A stretch of 64,000 nt of DNA from an uncultured Chloroflexia bacterium (GCA_963746255.1 CAVVAJ010000001.1:70039-134038); one strand, 5' to 3'; shown: positions 40,001 through 51,780, counted from the stretch's first letter. The notes: a model not told the origin generated them from the letters alone. Numbers and translations are program-made.

Positions 40001-40783
40001 ATGGACCCCAAGCACATTTTGGCTCTTTACGACCAAGATCGAAAAGGTGTCAGTCTCTATGGTATGCAACGAGAAGAGACTTCTCACCTTGTTCGGCATA
40101 TATCTCCCAGTGGTGAAGGGGTGATTATTTATTCCAACCTTAATTCTACTAATGTCGAAGAAGTCATTCATGAAGAGATTGCCCACTTTGAAAGCAGGGG
40201 ATACGATTTTAGCTGGGTCGTATTCCGACACGACACTCCCGCGAACCTAAAAGACCGTTTACTCGCAAACGGATTCCTAAATGAAGAGTCAGACGCGATT
40301 ATGATCCTTGACATCGAAGATTTATCCCCGGTCTTAGTGAAACCGATTTGCCATGATGTACAACAGATTACCGATCCCAACAAAATCGATGATGTCCTCA
40401 CCATTCGTCAACAAGTGTGGCAAAGTGATTATTCGTCGATGGCTCAGTCCCTTACCAAACGATTAATAGACGCCCCTGAAAGTCTGGGGCTTTATGTAGC
40501 CTACATAGATGGAAAACCGGCTAGCACAGCTCAAATCAGCTTCTATCAAAAAGGGCACTTCGCTGGTCTTGTTCAGGCAGCTACATTACCTGGCTACCGG
40601 GGGCGTGGTTTATACACCGCTTTAATTGCGATGCGAGTTCAAGAAGCAAGGCGGCGGGGAATACGTTTAGTGGATGCAGACGCCAGTCCCATGAGCCGCC
40701 CCATTTTAGAAAAGCTTGGTTTTCAATGCCTCACAGAGACCTATTCTTGTGAGTGGCATGTCAAACAGGTATCAACAGGCTAA
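40001..40783 (+). CDS. GNAT-family N-acetyltransferase.
   Basis: LPGYRGRGLYTALIAMRVQEARRRG acetyl-CoA motif. RBS gggaga. Confidence 0.8.
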   Translation: MDPKHILALYDQDRKGVSLYGMQREETSHLVRHISPSGEGVIIYSNLNSTNVEEVIHEEIAHFESRGYDFSWVVFRHDTPANLKDRLLANGFLNEESDAIMILDIEDLSPVLVKPICHDVQQITDPNKIDDVLTIRQQVWQSDYSSMAQSLTKRLIDAPESLGLYVAYIDGKPASTAQISFYQKGHFAGLVQAATLPGYRGRGLYTALIAMRVQEARRRGIRLVDADASPMSRPILEKLGFQCLTETYSCEWHVKQVSTG

Positions 40784-40932
40784 TTACCAATAGATATCGA
40801 CCTTGTCTCCAAAAATCCACCCAGCGCACTGTAACTCGAGATATAGACACTATGACTGAGCATGAAGGTAAAGAGTATTACCTGGCTAGCAAGTCAGAAA
40901 TCCTGAGGTAGTTGGACGTCTACGCGAGGGAG

Positions 40933-41103
40933 TGGAGGCCAGACAGGTCTGAACAAATTATCCTTCGCATTTCCAGCAGGCAGCCATCCATCAGCTATTG
41001 GAGGGCTGCTTGCTTATTTTTCCCCTTCTCAATCACTCAGCCTGGGATAAACATCTCCCAAGAAGACCGTCAATCGTGATTATCTGGATCAAGGCGGACC
41101 AAC
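40933..41103. repeat. Copy 2 of the ~170-bp direct repeat.
   Basis: Aligns with 38515..38685, including the hairpin. Confidence 0.8.
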
Positions 41104-41226
41104 TTGATACAAGCACCGGCGAGTAATTCCACCAACCAACCTTAACAACACCTACCCAGAATCCAGGCAGCAGGGCAACACATATGCGCTTGAAGAGACG
41201 CTATCCCTTGCTTGCCTTGAATCCGT

Positions 41227-42537
41227 TCAGCTCAAAAACACGGGGGTAAATTCAGGACTGCTAGAAGTCGATCTACTCATAGGACAATCCGAAACCAAAG
41301 GGATAGAGTGGGCTGTCCACGGAAAAACGACGTTGATGGCTGGTACACCCGATTTAACCAGTTTTGTGTAGAGTGCACGGGTATCTTTTGCGGGAACAGC
41401 GAAGTCTTGCTTCCCATGCAGGAGCAGCGTCGGCGGACAACCAGCAGCAACATGGGTGATAGGCGATGTTAGTTCATATGCATTAAGCGCATCCTGGGGA
41501 TGGCCGCCCAATAAGACATCCAACCGGCCAGCATCACGGAAATTCTTCTTGTATTCGGGATTTTCGCCGATATATATTGGGGGCAAACCTACCGTTTGTT
41601 GCAGATTCCAATGTTGATATACAGCCAGCAAGTCTGTGGGACCATAGTAGGAGATTACGCCGCACACGGATAGATCGGTACTTTTGAGTTCATCTGGAGT
41701 TAACTCAGGATGTTCAGGGGTATATCCAGCCAACAGGGCGATATACCCTCCTGCTGAACCACCCCCTAAAACAATTTTCTCAGGATTCACACCATAATGG
41801 GATGCATTAGCCTTCATCCAGGCAAGCGCGCGTTTGGCATCAGCGACCATGCCGTAGATATCCACTTCAGGGCAAAGGCGATACGATACATCCATCACGG
41901 TATGTCCCTGTGCTGCCAGGTGCCGGAAGAAGGGCCGTGTTCCTAGATCTTTATCAAACAAGTACCAGCTGCTTCCGTGAAAGTAGACAAAGGCCAAGCC
42001 GGAAACATCACCATTGGCCGGACGCCAGAGGTCGCAGAGCAGCTGCCGGTCCGTACCGGGAATGGTCCAGAACGGGACATCGCGCTCCCAGATAGGCTCC
42101 GGAGACGCTTTCATCTTCAAATACATTGACCAGCGCCGCTTGACCATATGCTTGGACTGCCCAGGAGGGATCTGGTCTGACCAGCCGGTACCAAAGGCTT
42201 TTTCAAAACCATCCTGAGCGCGAGTGCACGCCCAGACATACCAGACCATTGTAATTGCACCAATGATCCCCATCGGAACAGCACCGAGAGCACCATATAC
42301 CCACCCAAGGACAGCTCCTGCTGCACCTACAACAGCCCAAAACGGAGACAAAGATACTGCCAATAGTTTTGGAAGCAAAACAATCCACCCAAAAGGAAAC
42401 TTCGATTTTATTACCAGCAGACCACTCATCAGCAGTGCGAAACCTGAAAGGGTGTAAGCTAGAATAATCATGATTCCCTCCAAAATCGTTATCAGAGAAA
42501 CGCCCGTATCCTCAGTCCAAGCATTACTCACAAACAT
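41227..42537 (-). CDS. Membrane-anchored alpha/beta hydrolase (esterase/lipase, HSL-like), paralogue A. Its last ~35 codons are replaced by unrelated sequence.
   Basis: N-terminal TM bundle. YFHGSSW and GGGSAGG motifs. The C-terminus diverges from paralogues B and C after FPWTAH. Confidence 0.75.
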   Translation of the reverse strand: MFVSNAWTEDTGVSLITILEGIMIILAYTLSGFALLMSGLLVIKSKFPFGWIVLLPKLLAVSLSPFWAVVGAAGAVLGWVYGALGAVPMGIIGAITMVWYVWACTRAQDGFEKAFGTGWSDQIPPGQSKHMVKRRWSMYLKMKASPEPIWERDVPFWTIPGTDRQLLCDLWRPANGDVSGLAFVYFHGSSWYLFDKDLGTRPFFRHLAAQGHTVMDVSYRLCPEVDIYGMVADAKRALAWMKANASHYGVNPEKIVLGGGSAGGYIALLAGYTPEHPELTPDELKSTDLSVCGVISYYGPTDLLAVYQHWNLQQTVGLPPIYIGENPEYKKNFRDAGRLDVLLGGHPQDALNAYELTSPITHVAAGCPPTLLLHGKQDFAVPAKDTRALYTKLVKSGVPAINVVFPWTAHSIPLVSDCPMSRSTSSSPEFTPVFLS

Positions 42538-42547
42538 TGATCACATA

Positions 42548-43843
42548 TCAATCCTTGTTTACCAATAGTGCCAAAAATCGATCCACATCGTACAATGCCG
42601 ACTGGGAGGCCGGGTTTATCTGCGGTAAAAGCAAGTCAAACCCATGGGGTGTCCACGGAAAAACGACGTTAATGGCTGGTACACCGGATTCAAGGAGTTT
42701 GGTGTAGAGTGCACAGGTGGCGTCCTGGGAAGTAACGTGGTCTTGTGCCCCTTGCAAAAGCAGCGTGGGCGGGCAACCAGGATGAACATGGCTGATGGGT
42801 GAGGCTAATTGATACATGTGTGGTGCGTCCTGGGGCCAGCCGCCCAACAAGATATCGAAACGGGCTGCGTAACGCATTCTTTTGGAAGGAGCAATCACTG
42901 TTCCAAGAGGTACTGGGGGCTCGCCTTCCAATTTTTGTAGTTTCATATATTCAAATAAGAACAGCAAGTCTGTTGGCCCGTAGTGGGAGATGACACCGCA
43001 CACGGATAGATCGGCACTTGTGAGGTCCTCTGGTGTTAACTCAGGATGTTGAGGTGCGTAGCCTGCCAATAGGGCAAGATGTCCACCTGCAGAACCGCCC
43101 CCTAAAACGATCTTTTCAGGGTTCACACCATAACGGGATGCATTGGATTTCATCCAGGCAACCGCTCGTTTGACGTCCCCGATCATGCCATAAATATCAA
43201 CTTCGGGACAAAGGCGATACGATACATCCATCACGGTATGTCCCTGTGCTACCAGGTGTTGAAAGAAAAGCCTTGTATACATATCTTTATCCCCGATAGC
43301 CCAGGCGCTTCCATGCAGGTAGATGTATGCCAGGCCGGTAGTATTGCCACCTGCCGGGCGCCAGAGGTCGCAAAGCAGCTGACGGTCCGTACCGGGAATG
43401 GTCGAGAATGGGACATCGCGCTCCCAGGAAGGCTCCGGAGAGGCTTTCATCTTCAAAAATACTGGCCAGCGCTTCTGAACCATTTGCTTGATTTGGTGAG
43501 GCGCTATCTGGTCTGACCAGCCAGCACCAAAGGCATTATCAAAACCGTCGTGATCCCGAGTGCATCGCCAGACATACCAGCTCATCATGCCCGCACCAAA
43601 GATCCCCATTGGAACAGCCCAGAGAGCGCCATATCCCCACCCAAGGACAGCTCCAGCTGCGCCCAGGATTGCCCAGACTGGCGACAATGCTCCTGCGATC
43701 AGCTTTGGCATCCAAACGATCCATCCTAAGCTACTCTTTGCATAAATCAAGAGCAGAACACTCATTAGAAGGGATAAACCTGAGAGGATGGTTGCCAAAA
43801 TAATCATGTTGCCCTCCAAAATCGTTATCAGAGAAACGCCCAA
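42548..43843 (-). CDS. Membrane-anchored alpha/beta hydrolase, paralogue B (intact).
   Basis: 431-aa ORF. YLHGSAW and GGGSAGG. Confidence 0.8.
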   Translation of the reverse strand: MGVSLITILEGNMIILATILSGLSLLMSVLLLIYAKSSLGWIVWMPKLIAGALSPVWAILGAAGAVLGWGYGALWAVPMGIFGAGMMSWYVWRCTRDHDGFDNAFGAGWSDQIAPHQIKQMVQKRWPVFLKMKASPEPSWERDVPFSTIPGTDRQLLCDLWRPAGGNTTGLAYIYLHGSAWAIGDKDMYTRLFFQHLVAQGHTVMDVSYRLCPEVDIYGMIGDVKRAVAWMKSNASRYGVNPEKIVLGGGSAGGHLALLAGYAPQHPELTPEDLTSADLSVCGVISHYGPTDLLFLFEYMKLQKLEGEPPVPLGTVIAPSKRMRYAARFDILLGGWPQDAPHMYQLASPISHVHPGCPPTLLLQGAQDHVTSQDATCALYTKLLESGVPAINVVFPWTPHGFDLLLPQINPASQSALYDVDRFLALLVNKD

Positions 43844-43884
43844 CAGTGTGTGTTGCTGGCGGCGGGATCGTTAGTGCTGATGCT

Positions 43885-44782
43885 TCAGTTGTCGTTCAGG
43901 AAATCGAGCACTCGCGCATCGACGATTCGATACTGGCTGCCGCACATGTTGTGACTGGACTGTGGCACCAGATCCCCTTCGAAAATCGGGAAGGAGCGCC
44001 CGCGCCCGGGCCAATGCCTTTGCTGGGTCATAGATGACCTCGCGGTCGCCAATGAGCAGCAGCACGGGTACATGCACTGCGCGCAGTTCGTCATCAGAGA
44101 ACACACTGGGCATGATACGCGCTGTCTCGGGCGGAAATCGAAAATGCTTCATACCGAGATAGAACAAGTCAAGTAAGCGCCGAGAAACCGTGTCACCGGG
44201 CGTATCTTTGATTCCCATCCATCCCATGAATGAGTCCGCTGTGAGGCGTGTTGGGAAGAGCGTCATCAGCATCACGCGCAGCATGAACTGTTTGACAATC
44301 GGCAGGAAGCTGGCTCCCGGTGATAGCAGCACAAGTTTTCGAACGCGCGCCGGCTCTACCATAGTGAAGTGGAGGGCCAGCCACCCACCGTAGGACATGC
44401 CCACCAGAGAGATGCGGTCCAGGTTCAGCCCGTCCAAGGTCTCGCGCAACCAGGCGACGAAGTCTCCCGCTTCGCGTATCGGTTCATCGGGATTGGGGAT
44501 GCTCTTGCCTGGTTGACCCATCACATCGATGGCATACACCCGGTAGTCCTTGCTGAAATCGGCGACATTGGGTGACCACATATTCAAAGTCATCGCCATT
44601 CCGTGCAAGAGTACCAACGGTGGGGCATCTTTCGGACCAGTGACGACGACATGCGTGGTCCCAAACCGACTTGGGATCTCTACTTCTTCATACGGAACCG
44701 GCCATAACTTCATGGCGGCGTCATACGCCGCGAGATACGCAGCTTCACCTTCGGGAGTCTTGAAAGCAGATATGTGAGTCAT
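43885..44782 (-). CDS. Alpha/beta-fold hydrolase of a different subfamily. A 1-nt indel in a CCC run near 43990 affects the frame.
   Basis: LVLLHGMAMT and LVGMSYGGWLAL. The natural C-terminus ...SSHNM...VDARVLDFLNDN* is in ORF 43885..44106. Confidence 0.75.
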
Positions 44783-44785
44783 TGT

Positions 44786-46046
44786 TTATCCTTTGTTTAA
44801 CAATAGTGCCAGAAATCGATCCACATCGTACAGTGCCGACTGGGCTGCCGGGTTTATTTGTGGAAGCAGCAAGTCAAAGGCGTGCTCTGTCCACGGAAAA
44901 ACGACGTCGATGGCCGGTACGCCTGATTCAACCAGTTTTGCGTAGAGCTCCTGGTTGCCCTCCACGGGATTAAGGCAGTCTCTGTCCCCTCGCAGGCTCA
45001 GCGTGGGCGGGGAACCAGGATGAACATGGGTGGTTGGGCAGGCCAATCGATACATGTCAGGTACGTCTTCGGGATAACCGCCCAACAGGATATCCAACCG
45101 GCCAGCATAAAGCATTGGATTTTTGGGATCGGCTTTTGTGCCAAGGGGCACTGGGGGCTTGCGCTCGTTGTTATATCGTTTAGCGCCAGCCACCAGGTCT
45201 GTGGGAGGGTAGTAGGTGACCATGCCGCACACGGACAGGTCGGCACCTTTGAGTTCCTGCGGTGTTAACTCAGGATGCTCAGGCGTATAGCCTGCCAACA
45301 GGGCGATATGTGCCCCTGCAGAACCGCCTCCTAAAACGATCTTTTCAGGGTCCACCCCATAACGGTCTGCATTGGCTTTCATCCAGGCAACCGCGCGTTT
45401 GGCGTCTCCGACCATGCCGTAGATATCCACTTCGGGAATAAGGCGATAGGCAACATCCATCACCGTATGTCCCTGTGCTACCAGGTGTTGAAAGAAAGGC
45501 CTTGTGTACATATCTTTATCCCCGATAGCCCAGGCGCTTCCGTGCAGGTAGATGTATGCCAGGCCGGTAGTTTTGCCATCGGCTGGACGCCAGAGGTCAC
45601 AGAGCAGCTGACGGTCCGTACCGGGAATGGTCCAGAAAGGGATATCGCGCTCCCAGATAGGCTCTGGAGAGGCTTTCATCTTCAAATATCATGACCAACG
45701 CTTTTTGACCATAAGCCTGGCTTGCTCTGGCGTTATTTGCTCTGCCCAGCCGGCACCAAACGCATTTTCAAAACCGTTGTGATCCCGGGTGCACCCCCAG
45801 ACATACAAGATCATCAGTAACAGCACCAAGGATCCCCATGAGCACGGCCCAGGGAGCGCCATACACCCAGCCAAGAAGAGCGCCAACTGCGCCCATGATC
45901 GCCCAAATCGGTGATAATGCGCCTGCGGTCAGAGGTAAAAATAATACGAGCAGCAGCGAAACCTTAGGTTTAATGAGGAACAAGACACTCATTAGAAATG
46001 ATAGACTTGAGAGTGTGGTTGCTAGAATAATCATGATTATCTCCAA
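44786..46046 (-). pseudogene. Membrane-anchored alpha/beta hydrolase, paralogue C. The N-terminal TM region is split over three frames.
   Basis: ORFs 44786..45685, 45689..45886 and 45768..46046 are collinear with paralogue B. Confidence 0.7.
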
Positions 46047-46171
46047 AAATTGTTATTTGAGTAACGTACAACGGATAAGCTCACCCAACGGGTGCTTTTG
46101 CGATCGAGACTTGCCGGTCGTAGCCAACTGCGCTGTCCCATGCGCCGCGATTTGTCCCAAGCGAGCCCTGG

Positions 46172-46552
46172 TCAGCGTGCAGTGGGGGTTGGGCGCAACC
46201 CACCCTTTGTACTTCCTATATGGATACCCAGATGCAAGAAACGGATGGCTACCCAGCACGCCGGGTAGAAGAGCGGGATAAGACATCCCACACCTACCAG
46301 CGTTCCATACTCCCTCCACCATGAGGAAGCCTCCAACCAGGGATACGTACTACCCCGGAGGGAAAGGAAAACTACCAGCGCTTGCACGATCAGCCCGATG
46401 ACAGTACAAGACGACAACATGATCAACGGCTCAGCCCAAGTAATCGTGCCTGCTGAAACCTGTTGATGGAGCTCAACTTTTGAATTAGGGGATGTTTTTT
46501 CGGGAGCGTTCATGGTCATACTCCTTTCTGTGGGCACGTGCTGCGTCATCAT
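46172..46552 (-). pseudogene. Fragment of a membrane protein (possibly the N-terminus of a CPBP-like protein), frameshifted and truncated.
   Basis: ORFs 46172..46552 and 46053..46322. Weak pattern only. Confidence 0.25.
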
Positions 46553-46797
46553 TTGGATCCCGCAGCCTCGACACGGTTGACGGAAATGAGATTCAGACCC
46601 AGGTCGCGGATTTTCACCAAGACCCCGTGCATGGCAGCCTGATCGAGTATACCGGACAGCACCGTTTCCCCTTCAGGTTCGTGCCGCATGGACAATCCCT
46701 CAAACCGCGCGGCCCAGTTCGCGCTCAGATGACCCGCCACTCGGATCTCGTACAACTGGGGTGCGTTCATTTTTCGTTGGGTTTTCATAATAAACAA
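46549..46797 (-). CDS. Small conserved protein of unknown function (82 aa).
   Basis: YEIRVAGHLSANWAARFEGLSMRHE...LSGILDQAAMHGVLVKIRDLGLNLISVNRVE, a pattern I recognise from many actinobacterial and Chloroflexi hypothetical proteins. Confidence 0.6.
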   Translation of the reverse strand: MFIMKTQRKMNAPQLYEIRVAGHLSANWAARFEGLSMRHEPEGETVLSGILDQAAMHGVLVKIRDLGLNLISVNRVEAAGSK

Positions 46798-46824
46798 TCC
46801 TTTGTATGCAAAACTTACTCAGCT

Positions 46825-48377
46825 TTACGCTTTCCCGTTGGATTCCACCTCGAGGCCGCAGTTGTTGATGACCAGCTTGCCATCCATGAACAGGGCGTCC
46901 ACCCGGCTGCCGATCAGGCGGAAATCCTCCAGCGGGTCGCCGTCCAGGATCACCAGGTCGGCTGTCTTTCCGCTTTCGATGGAGCCGAATTCCTCCTCCA
47001 GTCCCAGGGAGCGGGCGCTGTTGATGGTGGCGATCTTGACTGCCTCGGCGCCGCTCAGTTGCTTTCCGTCCGGCTTGCCCTTCAAGACATGATCAAACAT
47101 GAGCAATTCGAGGTCCATCATAGCCGGCGTACATGGAGGTATGGTGTCGTTTGCAGTCGTCATGGGAACGCCATGTTCGTAGAGCAGACAAAAATTTTCG
47201 AATGCAGTGGCAGCTTTGGTGTCCCATGCAAACATCCCAGACATATCTATGATGCCCATCATTTTGGGTTTGCCGCTGGCGCACCTCTTGTAGCCGTTCA
47301 TCACACTGGCTCTCAATTCAGGGATATAGTATTCATCTGCAATAGCCGCAAAGGTATAGGTCTTGTCCCTGAACTCTGTTAACCTGTCGAGCTCCGGATG
47401 GCCGTTCGAACGATCTCTCGCCAACTTCCAGGAAAACATTGCGTAGAATACAGAGACCGTAGGGTCATTGATGCAACCAGCTGCCTTGAAAGCCTCCACA
47501 TCCGCCTGGGTGAGCAGGGCATCCCAGGGCTCGTGCTCCAGTGATGACACACCGGCCTTTACCCCACGCCGAAAGGACTCAACCGATGAATGGTGCATCA
47601 TCGACTGCACCCCGCGACGCCGCGCCTGGTCTGCCACGGCGCTGAGTTGTTCGATGGTCATGATCGGTATGGGCTTACCGAGTAATGATGCTGGTGGCCT
47701 CATCCCCAATCTTGATCACATCTGCCCCACGCTCATCGATGGCGATATCAACGGCATCCCTGACCTGTTCCTTCCGTCGCGTCTATGGGGAATGCCACGG
47801 ACCCTCCATAGTCTTTTGAAGGGTCAGCACTTGGCATCAGGAGCTTGGACATCAGAGAAGCTTTCTCCTGCAAATAAGACCCCGGCAGACCGACAGCAAC
47901 GGCCTGCAGGATGCGCGGGCCCGGGATTTCACCCTTTGAAATTCGTTCCTTTAGGGCTCTGTTTTCACGCAGGTCTGGCCGACCACGCGTCCCTGATGTG
48001 GGTGATGCCGTGAGCAAGGCATTCCGCCATATTCTTATCTTTCTGCTGTCCTGTGTGTCTTTTTATAAGCCCCCGCTCGCGCAGACCTGGAATCATTGTA
48101 GGTCCAACCGCCATCAGGTGACAGTGGGTGTTGTACAGACTGGGAAGCACGGTCTTGCCCTGCAGGTCAATGCGTAAAGTCAGGCTTGATGCTGGTCGGC
48201 TCGCCTGCAAGACCCGGCATGGACTCGATCTCCCCGCCTTGCAGAATGACGCTCGTTCCCGCATCGAAGTAGCGGCCATTGACCACGTCCAGGATGCGGC
48301 CATTCACTCAGCTCCACCCGGGCCTGGTTACCCGGCTCGTACTGCTTGACGAAATTGGTTTTAGAAGTCTCCATCAT
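46825..48377 (-). pseudogene. Amidohydrolase-family metallo-hydrolase, split over four frames.
   Basis: ORFs 48180..48377, 47965..48303 (YNTHCHL), 47748..48017 and 46825..47709 (GSIESGKTADLVILDGDPL). Confidence 0.75.
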
Positions 48378-48559
48378 GCTCTTATCTCCTTACTATCGCT
48401 GATTTTGCTGTGCTTTCCTACCCTAAAGTATAGATATCCAGGGCAGCTTTGTCGCCATGCTGTTGAGTAATCTTTAGCAAGTCCCTTTAGATTTGGGTGA
48501 TTACTCAAAGGTAGTAGACGAATACTTTGTGTTCGTTTGGGAAAAATGATAGGGGAAAA

Positions 48560-51242
48560 TTAGAGCAGGTTCAATTCGTGGGCACGCGCGATCGCCTGGG
48601 TGCGGCTGCGAACCCCCAGCTTGCCGTAGATGTTGCTGGTGTGTTTCTTGATCGTGTTTATGGTGACCACCAGTTCGCTGGCGATCTCCGGGTTGGAATA
48701 CCCTTTGCAGATCAGGCGCATGATCTCCAGTTCGCGCGGGGTGAGCGGGTCAAGCAGCTCTCCCGGCTGGGGTCGTGTCGATTCCCCAAATGCGGCCCGG
48801 CAGGCATCCAGCAAGGAATCCAGGTAGGGGTGGAACGCCTGAGGCGTGTCGCGATCGCTTCTCAGGTCGCGCAGCAGCGGCTCGATCCCCGGGCCAGCAT
48901 CCAGCCATCGCCAGATGTAGCCTCCAGGTGCGCCCAACGCCAAGGCCTCGCGCAGCGCAGAGCGGGCAGGCATACGGTCTCCCAACGCGTCCAGGGCCAC
49001 GGCCTGCAGCGCCAGCAGGTGGATCAATTCGCCATTGCTGTTCACAGCCCGGGCGCGGCGGATGGACTCGTCCAGCGCTGTGAGTGCTTCCTCGTAGCGT
49101 TCCTCGGCACACAGCAGGCGTGGGAACAGCCACCTCCGCCAGAGCAGCAGGTTGGCGTGCTGTGTGGCCGCGATCTTCTCTTCCAGGATGTGCAGCTTCT
49201 CACGTGCGGCATCCAGGTCGCCTGCTTTGAGGCACAGCTTGGCCCATTCCCAGTTGAGCTCGCCGGTCAGGTAGGGGTCATCCATGGCGTTTACGATCCG
49301 CTCAGTGTCTTGAAAGATATCCACCGCAGCGTCCAGGTCGCCGCGTGCGGCGGCCAGGTGCGCACGAAGGTAGCGGCCTGTACGCACCGCTTCGCTGAAA
49401 CCACCAGGGCGGGCGATGCGCAGGCCGGTGTTCAGATACGCCTCCGCTTCGTCCAGGTGATTCCGCTCCAGCTCGATCCTGGCCATGGTAATGTACAGCG
49501 ACCCCGCGGCGGGGAAATCTCCGTGACCTTCGCTCACGGCACGATCGATGGCCGAACGGCAGAGCTCCTCAGCCTCGTTCAGCCGCCCCTGGACCAGCAT
49601 GTACATGGCCTGCCCATAGGTGCATCCGTATGCGCCGATCAGGTTGCCCTCTGCGTACGCCAGCGCAATACCGCGCTCATACGCCTCGATGGCGCCATCA
49701 AAATCACCTGCTCCGGCGCGTGCCGCGGCCAACATGTTCCACGCTGTACCAATGCCCTCCAACATTTCCTGACGGCATAAGACGAGCGGCTTCCTCAGCG
49801 TGAGCCACGGACCTGGCGTGCTCGCCCCGGCCGCGCGCCAGCACAGAACGCATCATCGCCAGCTGCGCAGCGACCAAGTCCTGCTGCGCACCGCTCAAGG
49901 ATCCTTCGTCCACCAGCCGCTCATAGGCGTTATCGGCCCGTTCCAGGTACGGCGCGATAGCCGGAATTTGCCCGCTGAGGAACAGCGCCCAGCAGCTCGC
50001 CAGGGCCACGAACGGATCGTCTGCCTTCATTTCCTCCGGCAGCGCATCCAGCCAGCGCAGCACGGTGGCAACCTCGCCCCTATGCAAGACCGGAAGCCAG
50101 TGTTTGAGGACCAGCTCCTTGGCCCGGGCCATGTCACCAGAGCGCAACGCATGGTCCACGGCTTCGCCGGGATGCCCCTCGCTCTCGAACCATGCCGCCG
50201 CCTTCAGATGGAGCGCACCTATCTCGCCGGGATGATCGCGCTCCAGCAGTGCATACAGGACTTCGGCGAACAGATGATGGTAGCGAAACCAGCGTCCATC
50301 GGTATCGAGGGGAATAAGAAACAGGTTACTCTTCCGGATCTCGTCAAGCATCTGTTGACTGGATGGATCGCCCGTGACTGCTTGGCATAACTTGCCGCAG
50401 AACCTCTCCAGGATTGACGTGCGCAACAGGAACTCACGCTGCGCATCTGGCAACGTAACCAGGACTTCTTCGGTAAGGTAATCCAGGATGAACTGGTGTC
50501 CCCCTGTGAACTCCTCGATGAAGGTGTCGTAAGAGGGCTGTCCTTTCAGGGACAGGGCTGCCAGCTGCAAACCAACAACCCAGCTCTCGGTATGTGTATT
50601 CAATGCTTCGATATGCTCGGGCTTGAGGTTCAAGCCCATCTTTTCGTTGAACAGGGTCGCGGCTTCCTCTGTGGAGAACTGGAGATCTTCAGCCCTGATC
50701 TCGATCAACTGGCTGTGTGCCCGCAGGCGGGCCAGTGATATCGAGGGATCGACACGGGTGATCAATACGATGTGGAGATTTGGGGGCTGGTGTTCCAGAA
50801 GATAGCTCAGGCCCGCATGAACCTGTCCTGCCTCGATGACGTGATAGTCATCCAGGACCACGATCAGATCGTGGGCAAGTTGGGAGATGTCATTGATTAG
50901 GCTGATCGCCACAGGCTCGGTGCTGCGCAACTGGGGTGCACTGACGATCTGGCGCGCTTCTACCCCCATCTCCTGGTGGATGGTTTGAATGGCTGCGATG
51001 AGGTACGTCCAGAACCTGACCGGGTCGTTGTCACCCTGGTCAAGGGAAAGCCACGCTGCGGGTTGATCACGCTCGGAAAGCCAGCCTGTCACCAGGGTGG
51101 ATTTTCCAAATCCCGTTGGAGCAGAGACCAGGGTCAACTTGCGCGTCAAACCTTCGTCCAGGCGCTCATAAAGGTGTGGGCGTGGGACAAGGTCGACGCT
51201 AAGTTGGGGAATATAGAGTTTGGTGGTGAGAAGCTGTTCCAA
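48560..51242 (-). CDS. MalT-like LuxR-family regulator (STAND NTPase + TPR + LuxR HTH). A 1-nt indel lies near 49765.
   Basis: LVSAPTGFGKSTLV P-loop. C-terminal LTPRELEIMRLICKGYSNPEIASELVVTINTIKKHTSNIYGKLGV. The two ORFs overlap at 49704-49765. Confidence 0.85.
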
Positions 51243-51780
51243 TTTTGACCTTGAGAAGCGTGGTTATCGAACAAAAAAGAACCAACTCCATGTTGGTTTA
51301 TCGTTAGATCGTTACTCAGGAAAAAGAAACCTCCTCATGCGGGGTCGCTGCCTTATAGCGTTGAAATTATTGATACTCAGGTTTGACCTCATTCATTATA
51401 GCATGATGGTTCTTTTCTGGATTGCCTGGCAATATTTCGGTGGGAAATTCGAGCTACACAGGGTTATGAACCCATATATCCTTGCATAATGGTGATCTCT
51501 GGGAATTGGGCTCGAACCGTTATTTTTCCGTTTTTTGTATCCAAAGGACCGATTTCAATACCCGATTGATCAAATTTACTCTAGTGTTCAAAGGGAACGG
51601 AAGCCAAAAACTGATCGACAGGAACGTCAAGCGGTTCGAGTTGACCGAGTGGGCGCAGTTGGACACGAACCTGCGACCTCTTCTGTGTAAGAGATATCTC
51701 GTAAACATCCATAACGTCCAACCCGTACAGGTGGTGTTATTTTCTCCATACTGTCGCCACCTGTGGGGGTAGTTTATCCA

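Noticed and set aside
48527-49780. The long antisense ORF (417 aa) opposite the LuxR/MalT gene. The same applies to 46492..47382, 49800..50390, 9371..10036 and 2412..2912.
   Set aside because: These are shadow ORFs in high-GC coding DNA. The opposite strand encodes recognisable domains, and these translations are Arg/Ala/Gly-rich with no recognisable motifs.
51491-51700. tRNA- or tmRNA-like pieces on the minus strand: ...aacGGTTCGAGCCCaattcccagagatcACCA (51491-51530) and GGTCGCAGGTTCGTGTCCaactgcgccc (51640-51690).
   Set aside because: I could not build a cloverleaf. The T-stems do not pair (loops of 12 nt or 2-3-bp stems). There is no matching 5' acceptor strand or D-arm within 400 nt, and the candidate anticodon loop has 6 nt. 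At most these are att-type tRNA 3' relics. Run tRNAscan-SE or ARAGORN to confirm their absence.
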